The notes beneath the pieces were generated by a model. That model saw only the letters and a list, made by a program, of their open reading frames with translations. It made no database searches and had not been told where the DNA came from. Both the position numbers and the translations under genes were made by a program. This document shows positions 13,317-23,510 of a stretch of DNA of 42,574 nucleotides, piece by piece. Numbering within the stretch: position 1 is the first letter of the stretch; every line of letters starts with the position of its first letter. Origin of the DNA: a virus (lineage: Duplodnaviria > Heunggongvirae > Uroviricota > Caudoviricetes); IMG/VR virus record IMGVR_UViG_2675903468_000002, positions 1 through 42,574 of that record. One strand, written 5' to 3'.

Positions 13317-13891
13317 AGGTTCAGATATGACCTCAGTTGTTGTTTCAGGGCATACCCCAGCTGTTTCGGCATCTCGTTATCAATGACGCTTTTACGGGCA
13401 TCCTCAAATGCCTGTGTCAGCGGACCGGACAGCGGAATTTTCACCACATCAATGGGGTAACGATTTTTGCCGTCAATACGCCGCATCACATGCCAGCGAC
13501 CGTTCGCCAGTTGCTGGACAAAGGCATTCCGGAAAAGATATTTTCCCACTTTCAGCACACTGCCACGGTAATGTAACCTGCCACCACGCCGGGTCATTCT
13601 GACCTGTGCAGCCCCCAGCTTAATGGCGGGCAGATTGCCCCGGTTAACGCGGATCCTGGCCGTCATTTTTCCTGACGGACTGGCTTTAAACACCCGGACA
13701 CGCTGACGTACCAGTTTCAGGGGGATCCCCTTCACCTGGTTATCACCGGCTACGGTATCGCGGGCAACCTGTCGGGTAGCCTGAGAAATGGCTTTCTGTG
13801 CCACACGATTTATTGCCCAGGCGCTGGCCTGTGGCACCATACGGGTATCAAGGATGTCCAGATTACGGATGGCGTTTTCAAGACCTTTCAT
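13313..13891 (-). CDS. Z: Tail completion protein Z
   Basis: Start at internal Met MKGLENAIRNLD; NGRWHVMRRIDGKNRYPIDVVKIP matches lambda gpZ. Confidence 0.85.
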   Translation of the reverse strand: MKGLENAIRNLDILDTRMVPQASAWAINRVAQKAISQATRQVARDTVAGDNQVKGIPLKLVRQRVRVFKASPSGKMTARIRVNRGNLPAIKLGAAQVRMTRRGGRLHYRGSVLKVGKYLFRNAFVQQLANGRWHVMRRIDGKNRYPIDVVKIPLSGPLTQAFEDARKSVIDNEMPKQLGYALKQQLRSYLNL

Positions 13892-14252
13892 AATATCGCC
13901 CCGTACTGATATCACCCCGGGAACTGTCACACCGTTGCAGGCGGATATAACAGCATCCCCCGTCGTCCGGAGTAATGCGATCCACCCGAAAAAGATCCCC
14001 ACCAACCTCCAGCGTATCCAGACGGCGCAGTCCCGTAATATCTGCTGTTTTCACAAACAAAGACGGTGAAGAATCTTCAAACCGTACTCCTCCGGCAACG
14101 AACGAAATTTTTTCAGGATCATCAAAAACACCCCTGAGTGTTTTTCCTTCAAGCTGACCGGACGTAATTACCGCCGTAATCCCCATATGACAAAGAATGA
14201 CCTCGTCAGCCATGGCGACGGCGGCATCAAACGGATTATCGAAATCTGCCAC
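13878..14252 (-). CDS. FII: Head-tail connector protein FII
   Basis: MADFDNPFDAAVAMADEVI..., matching lambda gpFII MADFDNLFDAAIARADETI. Confidence 0.9.
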   Translation of the reverse strand: MADFDNPFDAAVAMADEVILCHMGITAVITSGQLEGKTLRGVFDDPEKISFVAGGVRFEDSSPSLFVKTADITGLRRLDTLEVGGDLFRVDRITPDDGGCCYIRLQRCDSSRGDISTGRYYERS

Positions 14253-14265
14253 CTTTCCCCCACAT

Positions 14266-14646
14266 TCAACACATTTTCACGAGGCCACTTTCTACCATGC
14301 TGGCTGCCACCACGGCAGATACACGAAACACTTCTCCCGGACGTACAAATGCCACGGGGTTATCCCGTGTGGCGTGGAGTGCATTGACATGTAACATCAC
14401 CACAGCTTTGACCATGACCATATCCACAGAATTTCGGTTCTCACTCTCCCCACGTTCGGATCGTGTTTCGTTTTTTTGTTGTGGTTCTTCATCATCCTTA
14501 TACAGGCCGTCTGAACCATCACTTAATTCTTCTTCCCACTCCGCCAGACGTTGTTCAAGATCAGCTTTAGAGCCTGAAATATCGGCATCGCGCCCGAGTA
14601 CTGCCGCCAGCTCCTGAAGACGCGCTGTTATTTCTTCTTTTGTCAT
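14266..14646 (-). CDS. FI: DNA packaging protein FI
   Basis: Start at internal Met MTKEEITARLQELAAVLGRD; C-terminal LHVNALHATRDNPVAFVRPGEVFRVSAVVAASMVESGL matches lambda gpFI. Confidence 0.85.
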   Translation of the reverse strand: MTKEEITARLQELAAVLGRDADISGSKADLEQRLAEWEEELSDGSDGLYKDDEEPQQKNETRSERGESENRNSVDMVMVKAVVMLHVNALHATRDNPVAFVRPGEVFRVSAVVAASMVESGLVKMC

Positions 14647-14696
14647 CACATCTCTCCTGTGCGATAAAGAAAAAGGCGGGAATATCCCGCCTGACC

Positions 14697-15725
14697 TTAT
14701 TTCACCTGAACTACCACAAACGCGTCCGGATCCGGCAACACCATCAACGGCGCAGACTGCGTCATGGTATATTCGCACCCCGGGTCCCCCACCTCTAACC
14801 AGTGTTTCGGATAACGAATTGCAGAGGTGATCCCTTCACTCAGCGCCTGGTTATCCTGGATTGCGCCATAACAACGGACACCCTCCACCTGAGTGTTTCC
14901 AAGAATCAGTGTGCCTTCCGGCAGATAACGCTGCTCATCCCCGTTTTCATCAACATACGTTGTTTTCGCCACCATGATGGCCAGATCACCGTAATAACCT
15001 TTAAAAGAAACCACGGAACCCAGATCTTTCAGCGCGGTTTCCAGTTCAGATTTTGAGCCACGGCGGGTATCCAGTTTTTCACGAAACAGCTTAAAACCGT
15101 TCAGCATACGCCAGACAGTACCGTCCATAATCGCAATATTGATGGTACCGGAAGCAAAATCGCAGTACGCATCCAGATCATGCGTCGGATCAAAGGTGTC
15201 AGCATTCTGTTTTGACCATTCGCGTCCCCCTGCCTGCGTAATGTTATTGGCGGCAGAACGACCAAAATCCACTTCCACCGTCTCAAACTGTTCACCGCTC
15301 ATGGTGTACTTACCCTGCAGAACAGCGCTGACCGCCTGCATTTCTTCCACCTGCACAATCGCTTGCTCTTCCTGTTTCAGGTTGTCAGTCAGAATACGCA
15401 GGCGACGGTAGGCCGGGTCATTAAGACGGGCCGGATCTTCCCCCGGAAGACGCTCCACCGCCTGCTGATAATCCAGCCGGTGTTTTGGTTTAACATAGCC
15501 GGGGCGTAACACGCGGGTTTCACCACCACGACTGCGCAGTACCTTACCTGACACAACCGGAGACACATATGCCGCAACCGGTGTTTTTCCGGTGATTTTA
15601 TCCAGCATCACTTCCTGAGTATGGAAAGTGACCGTACGACGAAAAAACAGCTCCAGAAACAGCGCACGGAATTTCACTTTCTGCTCGGTGTAGCCGAGCA
15701 ACTGACGCGTGGTAAATAACCCCAT
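14697..15725 (-). CDS. E: Major capsid protein E
   Basis: Start at MGLFTTRQLLGYTEQKVKF with AAGGA RBS; strong match to lambda gpE (PGYVKPKH, VEEMQAVSAVL, MIQSAPLM-like motifs). Confidence 0.95.
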   Translation of the reverse strand: MGLFTTRQLLGYTEQKVKFRALFLELFFRRTVTFHTQEVMLDKITGKTPVAAYVSPVVSGKVLRSRGGETRVLRPGYVKPKHRLDYQQAVERLPGEDPARLNDPAYRRLRILTDNLKQEEQAIVQVEEMQAVSAVLQGKYTMSGEQFETVEVDFGRSAANNITQAGGREWSKQNADTFDPTHDLDAYCDFASGTINIAIMDGTVWRMLNGFKLFREKLDTRRGSKSELETALKDLGSVVSFKGYYGDLAIMVAKTTYVDENGDEQRYLPEGTLILGNTQVEGVRCYGAIQDNQALSEGITSAIRYPKHWLEVGDPGCEYTMTQSAPLMVLPDPDAFVVVQVK

Positions 15726-15794
15726 AATTGACTTTCCTTTAAAAACACAAACGGGCCGCATCACGACCCGTTTTTTCAGTTAATCACTTCACCA

Positions 15795-16130
15795 TCAGGC
15801 GTGGCTGATGGCACTTCCCACAAACGCGTTGGCTTTTTTCACCGCATCCACCGAATCCGGCCAGACCAGCGATTCGGTGGCAAACGTACCGCTTTTGTAG
15901 TACGTCAGTGTGGGCTCGGTCCCGGCCAGCGCCAGTACCAGCACCCCCACAGCCGTTCCGGCTTTCTGACCATCCCATGCCACCAGTTTTCCGCTGGCGT
16001 CATCCAGCATCAGTGGCGTCAGTGAAGGCGTGGCAACACTGATACCACTGGTACCTGTTGCGGTATATACCGGATCGCTTCCGGCAAAAATGCGCCCGTC
16101 CGCGCGCTTTTCTGTGGTGGTTTTAATCAT
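15795..16130 (-). CDS. D: Head decoration protein D
   Basis: Start MIKTTTEKRADG with AGGAGA RBS; TPLMLDDASGKLVAWDG and YYKSGTFA match lambda gpD. Confidence 0.9.
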   Translation of the reverse strand: MIKTTTEKRADGRIFAGSDPVYTATGTSGISVATPSLTPLMLDDASGKLVAWDGQKAGTAVGVLVLALAGTEPTLTYYKSGTFATESLVWPDSVDAVKKANAFVGSAISHA

Positions 16131-16170
16131 TTTCTCAGTCTCCTGATTTATCTGAATCACGGATCCCCGC

Positions 16171-17787
16171 TTACGGCATACTCATCAGCAGTTCTTCTTC
16201 CCCGTTCCCGGCAGTTCCGCCACCGGAAACGGCACTGGCGGCATGCTGTGCCATGAAGCGCTCAAAAAGTGTTACCTGTGACGGTTGCGATACTGATGGC
16301 GCAGCTGCCAGCAGCGTTTTCGCCTGCTCCACTGTCATTCCAGGTTGTTCAGCCAGCGCCTGTGCCAGTTTTTCGCGTCCTTTTGCTTCCGGCAACGCAA
16401 TAATTTGATCGCCGGTACTTGCCGTACCGGTTGCCGGTGCCGCTACCAGTAGCATTTTCGCCTGTTCCACCGTCATTCCCGGCTGTTCAGCCAGCGCCTG
16501 TGCGAGTTGTTCACGCCCTTTTGCTTCCGGAAGTGCCATAATCTGCTCGCCGGTACTTGCCGCACCGGAAACCGGTGCCGCTGCCAGTAACGTTTTCGCC
16601 TGCTCCACCGTCATTCCCGGCTGTTCAGCCAGCGTCCGTGCCAGTTGTTCACGCCCTTTTGCTTCCAGAAGTGCCATAATCTGATCGCCTGTGCTGTCAG
16701 TACCGGCAACCGGTGCTGCCGCCAGTAATGTTTTTGCCTGCTCAACTGACATTCCCTGCTGACCTGCCAGCATCTGCGCCAGTTTTTCGCGTCCTTTCGC
16801 CTCCTGACAATTCAGGATCCCCATCACGCGCTGATTTTCCTGGGACACCGCTTCAGCAACGGTGAGATTTTTTGTTGTCATCGTATTCTCCTGTGTAACA
16901 GAGTCGTTCAGAGCAGAAACCATTACATCAACGGCATCTGCAGCATTAATCAGTTGATCAGCCAGGCCTATATCAATGCCTGCCTGACCGTCATAAACGG
17001 CAGCCTCGGTATTCATCACCGCCTCTGAACTCAGCCCCGTATAAAGCGCCACCTTGTCGACAAACATCCGGCGGGCCTCATCAATACGGCGCTGAAAATC
17101 CGCACGCACACCTGTCGGCAACGCCTGAATACTGTTGCCGTCAACCTTGTGCTGCCCGGAGTAAATCAGCGTGATATCCACGCCTTCCTGTGCCAGTTGT
17201 TTCTCGTAACTGGTGTGCGCCATCATCACACCAATCGAACCAATTTTTGCCGTCTGCGTGACCAGCCGACGCGTACAGGCCGCCGCCAGCAACATGGCGG
17301 CTGAACAGGCCATGTCATTACACAGCGCCCACACGGGCTTCTGTTCCCGCAGACGGTAAATCATGTCAGCACAGTCAAACGCCCCGGCAGCCTGACCACC
17401 CGGACTGTCGATATCCAGTAAAATGCCGCGTACATCCGGGTCGTTCACCGCTGACTTAAGACGGGCAGTCAGACCGTCATAACCGGTCATACCGGAATAT
17501 GGCCGCAGGGTACCCATTTTATGTACCAACGTGCCGCTCACCGGCAGAATGGCAATACCATTTTTCACCTGGTAACTCTTTACCGGACGCGGACCACCAG
17601 TCATATAATCGGTAACCGCCAGCTGCATACCATCGGCATCAAGCTGAACGGCCTGCTGCGGAACGGCAAGGCTGCCCGCCCCCATCTCCTTACCCAGTGC
17701 GCAAAAGAAAACCCGCGCATAGGCGGGTTCCAGTAAAAGCGGCTCATTAAATGCCATCGCGGCAATATGTGATAAATTACAGCGCAT
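16171..17787 (-). CDS. C: Head maturation protease C with nested scaffold (Nu3-like) region carrying tandem repeats
   Basis: 538 aa; N-terminal HIAAMAFNEPLLLEPAYARVFFCAL and S49-protease region match lambda gpC; C-terminal part has four ~41-aa repeats. Confidence 0.9.
   Translation of the reverse strand: MRCNLSHIAAMAFNEPLLLEPAYARVFFCALGKEMGAGSLAVPQQAVQLDADGMQLAVTDYMTGGPRPVKSYQVKNGIAILPVSGTLVHKMGTLRPYSGMTGYDGLTARLKSAVNDPDVRGILLDIDSPGGQAAGAFDCADMIYRLREQKPVWALCNDMACSAAMLLAAACTRRLVTQTAKIGSIGVMMAHTSYEKQLAQEGVDITLIYSGQHKVDGNSIQALPTGVRADFQRRIDEARRMFVDKVALYTGLSSEAVMNTEAAVYDGQAGIDIGLADQLINAADAVDVMVSALNDSVTQENTMTTKNLTVAEAVSQENQRVMGILNCQEAKGREKLAQMLAGQQGMSVEQAKTLLAAAPVAGTDSTGDQIMALLEAKGREQLARTLAEQPGMTVEQAKTLLAAAPVSGAASTGEQIMALPEAKGREQLAQALAEQPGMTVEQAKMLLVAAPATGTASTGDQIIALPEAKGREKLAQALAEQPGMTVEQAKTLLAAAPSVSQPSQVTLFERFMAQHAASAVSGGGTAGNGEEELLMSMP
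16290..16790 (-). repeat. About four tandem ~123-bp direct repeats inside the C/Nu3 coding region
   Basis: DNA unit gcctgctccaccgtcattcccggctgttcagccagcgcctgtgc...ttttgcttccgg recurs at ~16321, ~16450, ~16573 and ~16696, encoding repeated EAKGREQLAQALAEQPGMTVEQAKTLLAAAP. Confidence 0.7.
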
Positions 17788-19348
17788 CGCCTTTTTCTCC
17801 CGTTGTCTGTCGGATCTGCTGTTGAAACGCGTCCTTTATCCAGACCGGACGCGGAAGACCGGCAGCCTGTCGCTCCTGAGTTTCCCGTAGCTGCTGGCGG
17901 AAAATCTCCTGATAGTCATCCCCCATCAGGGCCAGCTCTTTCTCGTATGTACTCAGGCCGCCTTCAATGCGCATCACCGCTTCCTGCACTTCCTTAAGGC
18001 CATCAATCGCCATACGACCGGCACCAATCCACTCGGCACGGCACCACCCGGAACGGGCCTCCCAGAATGAGAAACGGGATTTCGGCGGACGGATCACACC
18101 ACGAATAAGGGCTTCCTCCAGCCAGCAGGCAAACATCTGTGACGCCAGGCGACTGGCCACAAATTTTCGTTTTCCCATAAAATACCGCCACGACTCATTG
18201 GCGGATGCCCTGGCACTGGAATAACTGACCTGTGAATAATCCCGGGAAAGCTGCTCATACGACACACCCAGTCCGGCAGCAATGTAACGTAACAGCGCCT
18301 TTTCCAGTTCAGAAAAACCATTATCCGCATTCTGAGCTGTCTGCAGATTCAGTGAATCTCCCGGGTAAAGATGCGGAATACGGACCCCGCCCAGTTTTAC
18401 CGTATTGGTGGCGTAATAACGCGCGTAGCCTTTCATGATGGTGTTCAGGGGATTTTTACCTCCATCTCCCACCCCGGCGATATATTCAAACGCTTTTTCC
18501 GAATCCAGTGTGGATTCAATCGTGGCGGCATACATGGCGCGAACCACCGCCGACTGCAGTTGCGTGGCCTGCAGTGTGTCGAGCATCTTGAGACGCTCCA
18601 TTACAGAATAAAACTGGTTGGCCCCGCGGGTCTGCCCGTCTTCCTGTGGCTGAAACACATGGATCATTCCCGGTCGTCCGGAAGGCAGTGTTGCCGTAAT
18701 TCGTGTCCATTTACTGACACCGTAGCCGGGCCAGTCATCATCCTGAACATGGTAGGCCAGCGCTTTTCCGTGTCGGTTTATTTCCACCCCGGCACGCATA
18801 AAACGATCGCCGGTACCATAACCGGGTGTACTGACACGCTTCGGGCTGATGGTTTTGAATTTCGTCCGGAATAATGACGTGGATTCCGCATCCCATACGG
18901 GCTGGACAAAAATTTCACCGTTAAACGTATGGACCCCCACCCCTTCACGAATGAATTCGGTAAACGAACGACGCCCTTCCACATCCATCGTACCAAACAC
19001 CGGATCGCAGTATTCCATCCACGCCGCCTCAACATCTTCAATAAAAGCATGTGAATCTGCTTCCGACATCCCCAGCCAGCGCCAGTTGGGACGGTAACTC
19101 AGACGAAACATGTGCCCGACAATATGATCCTTATGAATTTCCACTGCATTCGATGCAATACCGTTGTTACGGACCAGCTCATCCGCGCGGGCGTTACCCA
19201 GATGAATGGAAGGTAAGAGCGCCACGTCGGCACTTTCCGGTGCAGGCAGCCATTCTGCCATTTGCCCACCGAACCCGGAACCACCACCAGAATATCCCAT
19301 GCTTTGCCGTAAAGGCTGCCCATGAATATCCACCAGTTCCCCGTTCAC
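17777..19348 (-). CDS. B: Portal protein B
   Basis: 523 aa; GYSGGGSGFGGQ, LVRNNG, GANQFYSVMERLKMLDTLQ match lambda gpB. Confidence 0.95.
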   Translation of the reverse strand: MNGELVDIHGQPLRQSMGYSGGGSGFGGQMAEWLPAPESADVALLPSIHLGNARADELVRNNGIASNAVEIHKDHIVGHMFRLSYRPNWRWLGMSEADSHAFIEDVEAAWMEYCDPVFGTMDVEGRRSFTEFIREGVGVHTFNGEIFVQPVWDAESTSLFRTKFKTISPKRVSTPGYGTGDRFMRAGVEINRHGKALAYHVQDDDWPGYGVSKWTRITATLPSGRPGMIHVFQPQEDGQTRGANQFYSVMERLKMLDTLQATQLQSAVVRAMYAATIESTLDSEKAFEYIAGVGDGGKNPLNTIMKGYARYYATNTVKLGGVRIPHLYPGDSLNLQTAQNADNGFSELEKALLRYIAAGLGVSYEQLSRDYSQVSYSSARASANESWRYFMGKRKFVASRLASQMFACWLEEALIRGVIRPPKSRFSFWEARSGWCRAEWIGAGRMAIDGLKEVQEAVMRIEGGLSTYEKELALMGDDYQEIFRQQLRETQERQAAGLPRPVWIKDAFQQQIRQTTGEKGDAL

Positions 19349-19557
19349 AGCCCCACTCCTGCCGGGCCACGACGCCGTCCGGATACACCCAGCGCACTTT
19401 CCAGCTCTTCAATATACTGACGCAGTTCACCAATTGTCGCCCGCGAATACTGAACCTGACGCCCGTCCTTGCTGACGGAAACCACAGCACGTCCGATCAT
19501 CAGTTCATGTAACGCCCGGCGGGCATCGCATAGCATTTCATGCGTATAAATCATCAC
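19345..19557 (-). CDS. W: Head-tail joining protein W
   Basis: 70 aa; ARRALHELMIGRAVVSVSKDGRQVQY...RRRGPAGV matches lambda gpW. Confidence 0.85.
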   Translation of the reverse strand: MMIYTHEMLCDARRALHELMIGRAVVSVSKDGRQVQYSRATIGELRQYIEELESALGVSGRRRGPAGVGL

Positions 19558-21477
19558 TTATCCTCCACTCAGAGCAGCCGCGATTTCTTCAATAGTCATT
19601 TCATCGTCGTCCTGTTCATCTCTTCTGGCGCGGGCCAGTGCATCCAGATCCAGTTGCCACCGCTGAACGGAAATGCGCAGCGCTGCATAGGCATACACCA
19701 GACAGTCCAGAGCTTCATTACGCCGTTTTCTGGCATCCCACTGGAGTTTCACCCGCCCGTTCACAACTTTTTCAACCAGCTCTTCTGCCACGAGTTGTTT
19801 AGCTTCAACATCAGAAAAAATGTCCGGGTTATCCGGAAAACGGAAGGTATACGGTGCGACTTCACTGGCAGATACCACCGGCAGGGCAAAACGCGCATAC
19901 AGCATTTCCTTGACGGTATCGGAACCCACCTCACACAAAAACACCCCACGCTGGTTTCGCTTTTTTGGCATGGTGATCACCGGCTTGCCGTACACCGACG
20001 CCCCTTTGATGGGGAGCACAAAAAAAGTGCCGTGTTTTCTGGATCGCTGATACACAATGTCCTGGTCAATACCACCGGTATCCCAGCAGACGCGGGAAAT
20101 GGAAATTTCAGTGCCATCTGCATGACGGTATTTTTTCCGGATCACGGCATCAACGCGTTTAAGGGTGTCCTCATCTTCCGGTCTCCCCATGATGATCTGC
20201 TTGTCAATCAGAAAAGCTTCTTCGCCAGGAGCCCAGCCCCAGACATAAATCTCATAACGGTTTTTCTGAGAGTCGATCCCTGCGGTCAGGTAAACCACCC
20301 GCAGGGGAACCTGCGCATCATAGTGGCAGACTTTTTCCAGCAATAACTCAAAGCTCAGTTTTTCTGCCACAGCCTCTTCATAAGGCTCCCCCAGCGTGGT
20401 GTTAATGAACGTCTTGACGCCATTCGGATCCTTCAGTGCATCAAGCCAGTCATAAACAATCTGTACCCAGGTGGTGAACGGGCTGTATGCCGTCCAGATG
20501 TGGTACGAGATTGAGCGCGGTGGCGGGATTTCCTCATCACCGGCGCTGTAAAATGTCAGACCGTCACGCGTCCACATCCCGGTATTGTCACAAATCCACC
20601 GCCCGTCGGTCTGGTCAAGTTCCGACTGACGGATCGCGCAGCCATTATGTTCACACAGGTAATACACCGTCTCCGGCTTGCCCTTCTCCCATTTCAGGCC
20701 AAAGGTTGTCGCATCATCGCCAAACTTCAGATACTGGGCTTCACCACAATGAGGGCATGGCACATAAAACCGCATAAAATGTGCAGATTCGTTCGCGGCT
20801 TTTTCAATCTGGCAAAAACCTTTAATTTTGGGCGTTGAGCCGCGTATGGATTTAGGCCATACCGAACCTTCGATACGCTTATCGCCAAGCAGAGTTGGTG
20901 AACCTTCTTTTTCCACATCCGGTTCAAACGAGGAGAGTTCGTCATAGCAGACCACATCCACAGATTTTTCACGGTAGTTTTTGGCAGCAGCTCCGCCCAG
21001 ACACCAGAATCCCACACCGGAGGAGAAACGTTTCAGGGTAAGCGTGTTGTCCCGATGTTTTCTGCCAAACCACGGAGCCAGCTCCAGTAATACAGGAACG
21101 TCTCTTATCGTTGGTTCGACATGGGATTTCATAAAATCTTCTGCCGCAGAATCTGTCGGCTGAAAAAGCAGGCTGTTACGGGATTTGTGTTCAATAAAAT
21201 AAGCCTCCACCCCCAACAGCATTTTGGTGTAACCAACACGCGCCGATTTAATCAGATTAACGGTGCGGATCCGGTCATTCCCCATGCTGTTCATGATGGC
21301 AACCTGAAACGGCAGTGTTTCCCATTGCCCGGGAGTATATGAAGACTCTTTTGGCAGATAATAATGCTGATCAGCCCACTGAACTGTCGTCAGTGGTACC
21401 GGAATATTGAGAGATACAAGCCCTGTTGCTATCGCACCGGCTGCATTAGCTGCCTTCTGTGCGTCTGAAATCATCAA
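19558..21477 (-). CDS. A: Terminase large subunit A
   Basis: 639 aa; [39 protein letters not shown] and the rest match lambda gpA along the whole length. Confidence 0.95.
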   Translation of the reverse strand: MMISDAQKAANAAGAIATGLVSLNIPVPLTTVQWADQHYYLPKESSYTPGQWETLPFQVAIMNSMGNDRIRTVNLIKSARVGYTKMLLGVEAYFIEHKSRNSLLFQPTDSAAEDFMKSHVEPTIRDVPVLLELAPWFGRKHRDNTLTLKRFSSGVGFWCLGGAAAKNYREKSVDVVCYDELSSFEPDVEKEGSPTLLGDKRIEGSVWPKSIRGSTPKIKGFCQIEKAANESAHFMRFYVPCPHCGEAQYLKFGDDATTFGLKWEKGKPETVYYLCEHNGCAIRQSELDQTDGRWICDNTGMWTRDGLTFYSAGDEEIPPPRSISYHIWTAYSPFTTWVQIVYDWLDALKDPNGVKTFINTTLGEPYEEAVAEKLSFELLLEKVCHYDAQVPLRVVYLTAGIDSQKNRYEIYVWGWAPGEEAFLIDKQIIMGRPEDEDTLKRVDAVIRKKYRHADGTEISISRVCWDTGGIDQDIVYQRSRKHGTFFVLPIKGASVYGKPVITMPKKRNQRGVFLCEVGSDTVKEMLYARFALPVVSASEVAPYTFRFPDNPDIFSDVEAKQLVAEELVEKVVNGRVKLQWDARKRRNEALDCLVYAYAALRISVQRWQLDLDALARARRDEQDDDEMTIEEIAAALSGG

Positions 21478-21994
21478 TCCACCCGCCTACGTTCTCACCA
21501 GCTTTAGCTGCAACGTTGGAGGCTTTTGCGATTTCAGTTTTCACCACATCAAGGTGTGACGGTGAAATATCCGGATATTTACGCTGTAATGTCAGCGGCA
21601 CACGTACAAGTATCCCCGAAATCTCCTGTGCCACACGTTGCAGAATGAAGGTAAACAATTCCGTTTCCAGTACCAGCCCTTCTTCGCGGGCATTTTTCAG
21701 TTCCTGTGCATCAGCCTGTGCTTTTGTGAGTCGGTAGCGCTCATAGTCAATGGTGCCGGGTTGTAAATCTGATTCCGCAGCCGCACGCAAATCCTCGGTC
21801 TCTTTGCGGAGTTTTTCGTTTTCAATATCGGCTTCGCGCTGCGCATACCACTGAATTGCCATGGCGGTATCAAATACAGATTCAACCCCCTTACTACCAC
21901 CAGAGACACAAGAGAGCCCCTGAGACTGCCAGCGTTCAATCGTTCGTGGATCCACGTTGAAAATTTCCGCGAGCTTCTTTTTATTAACCTTCAT
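21446..21994 (-). CDS. Nu1: Terminase small subunit Nu1
   Basis: Start [26 protein letters not shown]; strongly similar to lambda Nu1 MEVNKKQLADIFGASIRTIQNWQEQG, including the ADIENEKLR and [27 protein letters not shown] blocks. Confidence 0.9.
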   Translation of the reverse strand: MKVNKKKLAEIFNVDPRTIERWQSQGLSCVSGGSKGVESVFDTAMAIQWYAQREADIENEKLRKETEDLRAAAESDLQPGTIDYERYRLTKAQADAQELKNAREEGLVLETELFTFILQRVAQEISGILVRVPLTLQRKYPDISPSHLDVVKTEIAKASNVAAKAGENVGGWIDDFRRTEGS

Positions 21995-22017
21995 AAAACA
22001 TTTCCATATCAAATGCA

Positions 22018-22200
22018 GGGTCCGACATGGAAGTGCTCAAAAACGTCTTTTTCGGGCACTTTCATGTCGGACCTTTTACGGATGTGATTGATGAAAAAAC
22101 AATGAGTTATACACGAGAAGTACCGACACGCTTTTTCCCGAAAAATTTTCATAAATAGCGAAAATCCGCGCCGCTGCCGCCCCGTGGCAGGCCACCCCAC
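22018..22200 (-). other. cos site (cosN plus cosB-like region) of lambda type
   Basis: Minus strand reads CTGCCACG-GGGCGGCAGCGG-CGCGGATTTTCGCTATTTATGAAAATTTTTCGG, versus recalled lambda TTACG-GGGCGGCGACCT-CGCGGGTTTTCGCTATTTATGAAAATTTTCCGG; an 18-bp inverted repeat lies at 22018-22073. Confidence 0.65.
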
Positions 22201-22859
22201 CGGAAGGACCCGCACAAATGAGAGCGTTTATCATTAACATTTACAGATAAGATGACGTACATCATTGAAACGCCATTCAGCCATATACCGGCAGCATTCG
22301 TAGTTGCACTCCGTAACTCTGCGACTAAGGTTAAAAACATGGCCCTCTTTTGCCACCGGCAAATCTTCAATGGATTTCCCCTGCCGGTTTTTTATTTTCG
22401 TCGATGCATAACATTGCATTTACATCAATAGCGGCTATTGTCATTAGTATGTTGCATCAATGCATGGGTGGTATTGGCGGTCTTCGCCGGCCGGTTCTGT
22501 GTAGCTGCTCCCTGTGACCGGTTTTTTATTTCTCACATTACAGCAGCCCCTTAGAGTGAAGGGCTGCTGTAATGCCTGTTACTCACGAATCAAACGAGCA
22601 TGCTGACCACTCATTTCAATGCGTAAGTATTGTGGCTTGCCGTCAATCAACGCGGTGGTTAACTTGTCACCTGTAGGTTTCCACATAATTTTCTCCTGTT
22701 TTAATGCCCCTTGCCGCCAGGCAGTTGATCAAAGTTCATCTTGATTCGGCAAGATTTAGAATGAATAAGATAAAATTGGCACACGCAGCAGAATTTCATG
22801 CTTTCCGGACGCCGGCGCATCCTTCATTTTTCAGCAAAATATTCTGCCATTTCAGTCGT

Positions 22860-23042
22860 TCAGTTATGCATACACTGTCGGACACCATTGACAATTTCAC
22901 AGACCTGAGAGGCAGCATCCAAAAGCTGACGCGCCCTATCCAGGCTGACGCATCCCGACAATAAAAAAGGCACCAGTATCGCTACCAGTGCCCATTTCGC
23001 CGCCGTTCGCGGCATTCTGTGTGTCCAGTGTTTTCGCGTCAT
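22860..23042 (-). CDS. Small putative lipoprotein (function unknown; possible lysis-associated or cargo gene)
   Basis: Candidate start MTRKHW (or MPRTAAK at 23015); classic lipoprotein signal KWALVAILVPFLLSGC followed by a ~29-aa mature part with two Cys; weak RBS. Confidence 0.4.
   Translation of the reverse strand: MTRKHWTHRMPRTAAKWALVAILVPFLLSGCVSLDRARQLLDAASQVCEIVNGVRQCMHN
22960..22992 (-). terminator. Terminator-like hairpin embedded in the lipoprotein signal-peptide coding region
   Basis: Minus strand GGCACUGGUA-GCGA-UACUGGUGCC (10-bp stem with two G-U pairs, GNRA-type loop) followed by UUUUUUAUUG. Confidence 0.45.
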
Positions 23043-23180
23043 ATCACCACTCACGATTTCAGAGCAACAATCAACTTTGCCATCCCATACAGCATCGGAG
23101 ACACGGCGATGCCAACCGCCACCCACTTAATGGCAAAAGCCACCGCCCGGATAAGGCAGAGATTCGCCGGATTTTCTGTC

Positions 23181-23333
23181 TTATCTACAAACATATGCTA
23201 TCGCTGCAACCGCGAAACCAATTGCCCCGATCATTGCCGATAATGCAAGAATAATTCCGGCAATATTTGCTGCTTTAGGTGTCATACTGCCCCCTATACT
23301 CAGAAAGGTTTTATTGTTATCCTTTACTTGCAT
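23181..23333 (-). CDS. Small single-pass membrane protein (~50 aa), function unknown
   Basis: MQVKDNNKTFLSIGGSMTPKAANIAGIILALSAMIGAIGFAVAAIAYVCR; GGAGA RBS 6 nt upstream; below the ORF-track length cutoff. Confidence 0.4.
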   Translation of the reverse strand: MQVKDNNKTFLSIGGSMTPKAANIAGIILALSAMIGAIGFAVAAIAYVCR

Positions 23334-23379
23334 GAATTATCTCCATGTCTGATATGCGTTTCTGATTTTGCCAAAATAC

Positions 23380-23418
23380 AACCCCGGACTGTTCCAGCAG
23401 CCGGGGTTTTGTTTTTTG
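23380..23418. terminator. Hairpin with flanking T-runs between the endolysin and the small membrane gene
   Basis: AACCCCGG-13 nt-CCGGGGTT followed by TTGTTTTTTG on plus strand; minus-strand reading gives a weaker GUAUUUUGG tract. Confidence 0.45.
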
Positions 23419-23510
23419 CCACCTGGCACTATTGCCCGAGCCTGCACCCATCGTAGCCCCAGAAAAGAGCCTGCATGAGTTGAGGGTGTTCAGCACTTCA
23501 GTGTCAGTTT

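Noticed and set aside
19540-20346. 268-aa plus-strand ORF
   Set aside because: Antisense to the terminase large subunit gene.
22009-22419. Three overlapping minus-strand ORFs of 61-73 aa
   Set aside because: They cover the cos site and its flanks, which align with the non-coding cos region of lambda; no RBS.
22543-22571. Perfect 9-bp stem hairpin CAGCAGCCC...GGGCTGCTG considered as a terminator
   Set aside because: No U-tract follows it in either orientation; kept only as a possible structural or protein-binding element near cos. A 41-aa ORF ending just upstream (22563-22690) has no support.
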